Part shown: in pieces, positions 53,111 through 64,000 of the stretch
Position numbering within the stretch: the stretch's first letter is position 1
Layout: the number at the start of each line of letters is the position of its first letter
Origin: the human T2T-CHM13v2.0 reference genome, Homo sapiens
Direction: 5' to 3' (one strand)
Assembly (NCBI RefSeq): GCF_009914755.1
Contig: NC_060939.1
DNA: 64,000 nucleotides
Program-made: the position numbers and the translations under genes
The notes under the pieces: model-generated
Seen by the model: only the letters and a program-made list of their open reading frames with translations
What the model was told of the DNA's origin: nothing
Database searches by the model: none

Positions 53111-53895
53111 TAACAGCCTACTGGGATTTTGACTGAGAACTTATTAAATCCATACACCAATTTACAAACAACCGATGTCTTAACAATATTGAATCTTCAA
53201 TTCGTGGGCACAGTATATGTCTCCACTTATTTACATCTTCATTGATTTATTACTGTCTTATGGTTTTCAGCATACAAATCCTACCAAGGATTTCTTCTGT
53301 ATGTGTACAAGAGTATAAATGTTACTTTGAGAATAAAATTCAAAATCCAATTGTTTATTTCCTGTACAAAGAAAGATTTTTGTATATTGACTTGGTATCC
53401 TGGAACCTCACTAACCTCATTTTATTAGTTTTAGCTTTTTTTTTTTTTGATTCCTTGGGATTTTGTACATTGACAATTATTAAAGAGAGGCAATTATTTT
53501 TCTTCCTTTCCACTCTGTACACATATTTCTTTTTCTTTCCTCAGTACACTTGCTAAGGCTACCAGTCTGATTTTGTATAGGAGTGGTGAGCACAGATATG
53601 CTTGCTTTGTTCTCAATCTTAGGGAGAATCTATTGAGTCTGTCACCATTAAATATGTTAGCTGGAGGTTTCATTCATGACTTTTATAAGCTTAAGGAAGT
53701 TGCCTCCTACTCCTACTCTTCAAAAGTTTCTATCATAAATGACTTTTGAATTTTGTCTAATGCTTTTTCTCATCAATTAGGACGAAATTTTTCTGCTGTA
53801 GTCTATGTGGTAAATTACTTTGGTTCATTTTTGATTGTTGAAATAACTTTACATTTCAATAGTAAATCCTATTTTGTCAAAATATATGCTCTTCA

Positions 53896-53989
53896 TATAT
53901 ATATATATATTCAGGTGTGTAACATTTTGTTGAAGATATACTATATAGACTGTATATACATATATACACATATATACATATATTTTATG

Positions 53990-54029
<40 letters not shown>
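53896..54029. repeat. Compound (TA)n microsatellite
   Basis: A pure TA run at ~53997-54029 plus interrupted TA/CA runs. Confidence 0.95.
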
Positions 54030-54032
<3 letters not shown>

Positions 54033-54357
54033 CCTCTTATGGTCTATAAATCATGTAGAATATGGACTATATATGGCCTCCAAAAGTGTATGGGGAATTC
54101 TCTTCTTTACTCTCTCAAAGAGATTGTGATGAAATGGTATTAATTCATTCTTAAATATTTGGTAGAATTTAACAGTGAAGATGCGTGGGCCTACATTTCT
54201 TCTTTATTGGGAGGTGTTAAAACACCAATTCAACTAATCTAATAGGTATTAAATGAAGAGCCAATGTCAAAACAACATATGCTTTAGATGAAATAAATAG
54301 TACATATTGTAATGATGAAGACAGCAAAAAGAAACAAATAATAAGAAAAAATATTAC

Positions 54358-54552
54358 ACGTGGGACAAGATGACCCTTTATTGTGGAAGCCTGCCCTGTG
54401 CATTGTAAGATGTTCAGTTAGCATCTCTGGACTCTACCCACCTTATGCCAGGAGCACATCCCAAGTCCCTCAATTATCATAACCAAAGTGTCTCCAGACA
54501 TTGCCAAGTGTCACTTAGGGTGGTAGGCAAAAGTAATCCAGTTCAGAGCCAT
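54358..54552 (-). mobile_element. MER20
   Basis: tgccctgtgcattgtaagatgtt...gtctccagacattgccaagtgtc. Confidence 0.85.
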
Positions 54553-54780
54553 TACTGTAGAGGCTTTAGATTCAGACTGATCGGAGTTTAAGTTTTGATT
54601 TCATGAATAGCTTCAAGACATTGTACAAGTTATTTAACCCTTCTAAGCCACAATTTTTCTCATCTGTTCAATGATGATTACTATTCTTATAAAAGTATTG
54701 TAAAGATTAAATAAGTTAATGGATATAATATTTAGAATAGTAATTGATAAGCACTCAAATAATGGTAGCAATTAACTATT
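54553..54780 (+). mobile_element. MIR
   Basis: caagttatttaacccttctaagcc...ctcatctgttcaatg...gtaaagattaaataag. Confidence 0.75.
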
Positions 54781-56887
54781 AAGCAATGAGACAAAACACA
54801 AAGGACAACTGAATAAAAGAACTGACTGCTCATGGAAGAAAGGCTGATAAGGGAAACACAAGTAATAATTAAAACATGTTTGGAAAATAGTTTTACCTTG
54901 AAAAATTGCATTTCTAAATGAAAGAATTCATTGCTCCAGAATAAACTGATAAAGTATAGGGAAAGTTAGGGAACCAGATCAAAGAATAAGAAATAAATGT
55001 GCTCTATTTCTTAACTCATAATTTGAAACAAAAGTCATGCTATGGGTGTTTTATCAATGACCATATATAAACATTTTTGGAAAACTTTAATTCACCACTT
55101 ATGGAGTTAAAAATAAGATTTCTTTCTTCTAAATCAATGTAGAAGAATAATAAAGACCAACAAAATCATCCAAATAACAACAGAAAATTGAATAGAAATG
55201 CAGGAGACAAGAAAAATCAGAAAGCATAAAATAAGAGAGAACACTTTCCAAGTGTGACAAATGTGACAATAAATTACAGATGATACAGGATTAAAGTAAC
55301 AGGGTTAAATTAAAGCTTTTTACAATAACCATACAATTACAAACTAGAAAACTGAGGTAGAGGGGCACATTAGCTAAATAGATGGCTAGATTGAGAAGTG
55401 ACATCACCACGATACTGGAGTAGGAAATACCAGCCTTCATCTTCCCTGCCAAAAATAAAATATAGGCAGCAATTTACAAATCAAAATAGCCCTAGCAGGG
55501 CTCAAGGGCCTATTAAAGAATCTGCAGCAACACAATGAAGTAAAAAAAAGATAATATCTAAATAGAAAGGATCACTGGTGAGATTAACATACCTGACACA
55601 CCAGGAGATGGCTAGGAACAAAGAAAAAAAGCAGAGGTTGCCGGTATCAGCCATGCAGCAGAAACTATCATGGTCCCCAGTGGCCTGCTCCACAGAGGAC
55701 ACTAGAATGTTGTGCCACTGAGGTAACCAACCAGTTATTGCCAGGGAATCACAGAAAGAGAGATGCAGCTGCATTCCCCATAACCTCACTATTAAGCCAC
55801 TATGATAAAGGAGCTGCCATTTCTCCCAAACCTACATGTGTCTTGAAGTGTGAGCAGCGGCTTTCCAGTGAGTGTCCACAATCCAGACCCAGGCTATGTA
55901 ACTACACCCACCCATGTCTCAGACACCACAGCCATCCTTGTAGTGAGTTAGTTCACACTCTGGGCCTAGACCCAGGCTCTCACTGTGCATGTCTGTGTTC
56001 CAGGATTCAGCTAAGCTACCATAGAGAAGTAGGCCCCGCCTTGACCCCAAAACCGGTGTAACCGCAAACACCTATTCTCTCATTCTTGGTTCTCTGGCTG
56101 CTTCAAAAAACCCTGTTTGTCACATACTATTGCCAACATGGTAGGGGAATTGACTGTGCCCCACACAGCTGTGCCATTTCCAACCTGGATCTCTGAGCTG
56201 AAGTCCTTCAATGCATGCCTGTACTTTAGACCTCACTCAGCTCCATGGCTGCTTCATGGGTGCCACTCATTGGACATAGGTACCACTGCAACCATGAGCA
56301 GGCCCACAAACCAGACCCACTGCCAACAAGAATCCGCTTAGCTACAACTTCCCCAGAGAGAGAAAAAGAGATCAGGAGAATCTTAGCAGTCATTGCCACT
56401 GAAGATTCCAACAACCCTTGCAGCCAATGCAGACATTCAGGCCACTGAGGATCTTGTAAATATTTAGGGATATCAACTTCAGTTGTCAAAGCCACACAGC
56501 AACTATAAAGATGCACCCTTGCTACTGCCAGAACTGTTGCACCTCACCCAGCAAGCACCCATGCACTCTACCATAGGAAAAAGTTTTTCCACCAGGAAAC
56601 CAGCCTATAAAGTCTGAAAGAGGTGACTCCTCCACCAAATATTCAAATATCAGCATGAGGCAACAAGAAACATAAAAAAAAAAAAACAAGGAGAAATATC
56701 TCCAAAAGAACGCAAGAATTTTCCAACAGCTGACCTTAATAAGATGGAGACACACAAAGTGCCTGACATATAGTTCAAAATAACTATTTTAGAGAAGATC
56801 ACTGAGCTTCAGGAATACAGAGAAACAATTCATTAAGATCAAATACGCAACAAAAATGAAAAATTTAACAGGAAAATTGAAATTATT

Positions 56888-57011
56888 GTTTCTTTAAAGA
56901 CAGAGTCTTACTATGCTGCTCAGGCTGGATTTGACCTTCTGTTCTCAAGTTATCATCCCACCTCAGCCTCTTAAGCAGCTGGCACTATAGGCACGTGCCA
57001 CCACACTTGGA
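56888..57011 (-). mobile_element. FLAM (Alu monomer)
   Basis: agacagagtcttactatgctgctcaggctgg...ggcactataggcacgtgccaccac. Confidence 0.85.
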
Positions 57012-58436
57012 TTGATTTTTTAAAATCTCCACAGCTAAAAAATAAAAGATACAATGAGAAATGCAATACAGAACATCAACAGAAGAGTGGATGAAGCAGA
57101 AGAAAGAATCTGTGAAATTAAAAACAGGTTATTTGAAAATACACAGTCAGAGGACAACAAAACAATATAAAATAAAGAAACCTAACAGGATTCATGAGAC
57201 AGCATCAAAAGAGCATATTTTTGAACATGAGAATTTAGGAAGGAGAAGGTCAAAAAACTTAATGAAATAATACAAGAAAATTTTCCAAATCTTGAGAAAT
57301 ATATAAATATGCAGGTATGGGAAGGTCAAAGACCTCCAATCAGATTCTATTCAAATAAGACTACAACAAGACAAATTGTAATGAAATTGTCAAGAATCAA
57401 AAGGAAAAAGAGGATCCTGAAAACAGAGAAAAGCAGCATATCATTTAAGGGAGTTCCAATAAAGCTAGCAGTGGACTTGTTAGTAGACACCTTACAAACT
57501 GGGAGAAAGTGGTATAATATATTCAAAGTGCTTAAGGAAAAATAATATGCCAACCAAGGATACTTGATCCAGAAAACTGCATCTTAGAAATGAAGAAGAG
57601 GTAAAGACTTTCCAAGACAAACAAAAGTTGGGAGAGTTCCTCACCACCAGATATATCTTATATAAAATGCTAAAGGGAATTCTTCATGATGAAATAAAAT
57701 GATACTAATAAGTAACAAACTCATAAGATGTCATAAAGCTCACCAGAAAAGTAAGTACACAAATTCAGATTACTATAATGCTATAATGGTGATGTGGGAG
57801 AACTTACATTTGTAGTGTGAAGGTTAACAGGAAAAACCATTAAACATATTAATAGCTACAATAATTTGTTAAGGGAAAACAATACAAGATGTAAATTGTG
57901 ACACCAAAAAAAAAAAATGTGGGAGAAGGGGGATATGGAGTAATAGTATAGTTTTTTATTTAATAAAAATTACTAGCTTAAAATTGCATTTTGTAACTAT
58001 AAGATGTTCTATGTAAGACTCATGGTAACTACAAAACAAAAACCTATGGTAGACACACAAAATATATAAAATAAGGAATCAAAGCATACCACTAGAAAAA
58101 AATCACCAAATCATAAAGACAACCATAAAAGAAGAAAGGAAAAAAGGATCTTCAAAACCACCAGAAAACAATGTTTAAAGTGGCAGTGGTAAGTTCTTAC
58201 CAATCAATAATTACCATGAATACAAGCAGATTAATTTCTCTAATCAAAACACAGAGTCCCTGCATGGATAGAAAGACCCGCCTATACTGTATAGTTGCAT
58301 AGCTGCCTTTAAAATACCCAATTTACCTTTAAGAAAACAAAGATTGAAAGTAAAAGGGTGGGAAAAGATATTTCATGCAAACAGAAATCACAGGAAAGCT
58401 AGGGTAGCTATATTTACATCTGATAAAATAGATTCT

Positions 58437-58706
58437 TGATATGGTTTGGTTATGTCCCCACCCACATCTCATCTTGAATTGTAGTTCCTGTAATCCCCAC
58501 ATGTTGTGGGAGGGACCTAGTGGGAGGTAACTGAATCATGGGGGCAGATTTTTCCTGTGCTATTCTCATGACAGTGAGTAAGTCTCATGAGATCTGTGAG
58601 GCCTCCCCAGCCATGTGGAACTGTGAGTCCATTAAACCTCTTTTTCTTTATAAATTACCCTATCTTGGGTATGTCTTCATTAGCAGTGTAAGAACAGACT
58701 AATACA
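58437..58706 (+). mobile_element. THE1 solo LTR with an internal deletion
   Basis: TGATATGGTTTGG...AGACTAATACA, only 270 bp. Confidence 0.9.
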
Positions 58707-60428
58707 ATACCTTAAGTAAAAGACTATAAGATGAGACAAAGAAGGTTATTCATTCGTGATAAAGTGGTCAACTGATCAAGAAGATATAACAATTATAAAC
58801 ATATATGCACCCAACATTGGAACGGTTAATATATAAAACAAATATTAAGATATCTGATGGAGAGACTGACTGAAATAAAAAAATAAGGAGGGAAATTCAA
58901 AACCCCACTTTGAACTATGGACAGATCATCCAGACAGAAAGTCAACAAGGAAACATTGGACTTGAATTACACTTCAGACAAAATAGACCTAGCAGACATA
59001 TATGGATCATTCCATCCAACAGAAGAGAGAACAGAATAGGGAGCCCAGAAATAAATCCATACATTTACAGTCAACTGATTTTCTGTAAAGATGCCAAAAA
59101 CACACAATGGAGAAAGTAAGATCTGTTTAATGAATGGTGATGGGAAAACTGGAAATCAACATGGAAAACAAAATAGAACCTCACCTCACACTACATACAA
59201 AAATCAAGTCAACATGGGTCGAATATTTATCTGTAAGACCTGAAACTATAAAACATAGTGAAAAATCTTCATGACACTTGTCTAGGCAAAGAATTTTTGG
59301 ATAGGACCCCAAAAGCACCAGAAACAAGAGCAAAATTAGACAAGTGAGATGACATCAAACCAAAAGTTTCTACACATCAAAGGAAACAATCAACAGAGTA
59401 AAGTGACTGCACAGAAGAAAATATTTTAAAACCATATATCTGATTAGAAATTAATATCCAAAATATATGAGGAACTCAACACCAAAAACAAACAATAAAA
59501 AAACCACCTAATTTAAAAATTGGGAAAAAACTAGAATTGACTTTTTGCCTAAGACATATACGTGGCCAACAAGGATATTTCTAAATGCTCAACATCACTA
59601 ATCATTTGAGAAATGTGAATCAAAACCATAATGAGATATCACCTCACACCTGTTAGAATGGCAATTACCAAAAAAACAAAAAAACAAACAAAAAAGACAG
59701 AAAGGATTGGGAAGGATGTGGAGATAGGGAAACCTTGGACACTGTTAGTGAGAATGTAAATTACTACAGACCTTATGGAAAACAGCATGGAAAGTCCTAA
59801 AAATAAAAATAAAGCTGCCATCTAATCTGTATTCCCACTACTAAGTATATATTCAAAGAACATAAAGTCAGTATACTGAAGATATATTTGCCCTCCCATG
59901 TTCTCTGCAGCATTAGTCACAATAGCCAAGATATGGAATTCACTGAAGTGTCCATCAAATGGGTGAAAAAATAAAACTTGGCATATATATACAATAGAAT
60001 ACTACTAAGCCTTAAAAAAATGCTGTCATATGTGACAACATAAGTAAACCTGGAGATAATTATATATTAAGTGAAATAACCCAGGAAAAAAAGATAAATA
60101 CTGCATGATCCCAATTACGTGAAATCTGAAAAAGCTGAACTCACAGAAACAGAGAATAAAATGGTGATTACCAGAGGCTGGGGTATAGAGGGATTCAGGA
60201 GACAGTGGCCAAAGGAAATAACATTCCATTTAAACAGGAGGAATAAGTTCAAGAGATCTATTATACATCCTGGTGACTACAGTTAATAATAATATATTGT
60301 ATAACTAAAAATTGCTTTAAACATTATATTTAGTGTTTTCATTACAAAAAAAAAAGAATGTGATGTATTATGTATGTTAAATAGCTTGATTTTTTCATTC
60401 CATGATATATGTATATATACCAAAACGC

Positions 60429-61052
60429 TGATATAGAAGTGAAAAAGAAACTATTTAGCGGATAGTGAGGGTAAGGAAGTCCTTGATAAGGTTTTTCCTT
60501 TACTAAAAAGCAGGCCCAAAATCATTTTCTAACAGAGCAGCCTGTAAAATTGAGCTGCAGACATAGACAAGCAAGCTGGAAGCTTGCACAGGCAAATGCC
60601 AGCAGTTGTGCCAACAGAAAAATACTACCTTGGATTAGGCATGTTAAGAATGGTGGCTCCATCGTCCCTTCTTTGCCAGCCATGTTTACAGTAAAAAGCA
60701 GACAAGAAGGTGCTGGCCAGGTGGAAAGTCTATTTGCACAATAAGATTAGGGTGGGGCAACCAGCCTTCCCCATGTGCTTTGCAAAGGTCACACCTGATA
60801 GAAGCAATCTGTGAGCCCTACATAAATCAGATACCTCCTCCTCAAGCCTGCCTATAAAATCTGCTGCAGTCTGCCACTTTTCTCATTTTTGGATGCCTCT
60901 GTCTCTCTTGCAAGGAGCTGCTCTCTTCTCTCCTTTCTTCCGCCTATTAAACTTTCCACTCCTTAACCCACTCACATGTGTTTGTGTCCTTAATTTTCTT
61001 GGTGCAAGTAAATGAACCCTGGGTATTTACCCCAGACAATGACGCCACTTCA
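60429..61052 (+). mobile_element. LTR9-like ERV1 solo LTR within the L1MA 3' UTR
   Basis: TGATATAG...GCCACTTCA, 624 bp, with TATAAAA at ~60853 and ATTAAA at ~60946. The L1 sequence resumes after it. Confidence 0.78.
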
Positions 61053-61365
61053 ACATCATGTTGTATACCGTAAACACATAGAATGTTTACTTGCCAACTA
61101 AAAAAAAAAAATTAAAAACCATAATATTGTAATAGGCCCAGGTAATTGCAAACATACCAATTTGTAATGTGGAAATAGAATTTAATTAAATTGCCTTAAT
61201 CTTGATGAAAATACTTTTTTGTAGTATGAATTGAACAAACTAAACTTTAGTAAAATTTAAGAACTTACATTTAGCCTTAGCATGATAAAAAAAAGAATTT
61301 AGAAGAAATGATATTTCAGTTACTTAACTTTAAAGACTAAATGTGATAAATTTAAATTCAATGTT

Positions 61366-62870
<1,505 letters not shown>

Positions 62871-63146
62871 AATATGAATTGCTTTTGAGCTTAGGCAGAA
62901 CATTTAGAACATTTAGAAAAAGAGCTAAACTCAAGGCAAACTCAATATATTCCAAAAGATCAGTAACACACTGTCTTTTTTGACCATATGCAATAAAGTA
63001 TGAATAAAAAAGTGAGACCTGAAAATCATATATGTTTGAAAGTCAATGTCTTACCAACAACCTTTGTCTATTGGAAGAATAATAATAAATTTAAAAATAC
63101 TTGAAGCTGAATTAAAGTAAAAACAGTACCTGTCAGAATTGGTATG

Positions 63147-64000
<854 letters not shown>

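Larger units (their letters stand above)
55395..61112 (+). mobile_element. L1MA-type LINE with 5' UTR, ORF1, internally deleted ORF2 and 3' UTR, carrying nested FLAM, THE1 and LTR9
   Basis: ORF1 remnant 57309..57545 (KGVPIKLAVD, WYNIFKVLKEK). ORF2 fragments at 58180-59950. L1MA 3' UTR (caggaggaataagttcaagagatctatt) and an A tail at ~61100. Confidence 0.85.

Overview
Primate genomic DNA (Alu, L1, MaLR and MER content). It holds the last three coding exons and 3' UTR of UNC13C (Munc13-3) on the + strand, and the peptide matches human UNC13C as I recall it. The exons are 42263-42355, 43731-43890 and 46762-47047 (stop). They splice in frame and encode the C-terminal C2C domain, and the likely poly(A) signal is at 48511. 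Bases 1-42262 are one long intron and bases after ~48550 are intergenic. Both are dominated by transposon fossils, including a full-length antisense L1PB1 carrying nested Alu and LTR14B insertions, and several sense L1 remnants downstream. Almost all other ORF-track entries are repeat-derived or spurious. I found no strongly supported new biological system. The best leads are: (1) a candidate 21-nt frame-preserving neural-type microexon at 28899-28919, in the intron position where paralogues carry an alternative exon; (2) a complex templated insertion at 44918-45050 with an exact 29-bp copy from 2.8 kb upstream, which creates a cryptic acceptor; (3) an older templated patch at 62012-62057; (4) four miR-96/182 seed matches in the 3' UTR. 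Repeat subfamily names come from recalled consensus sequences, not a database search.
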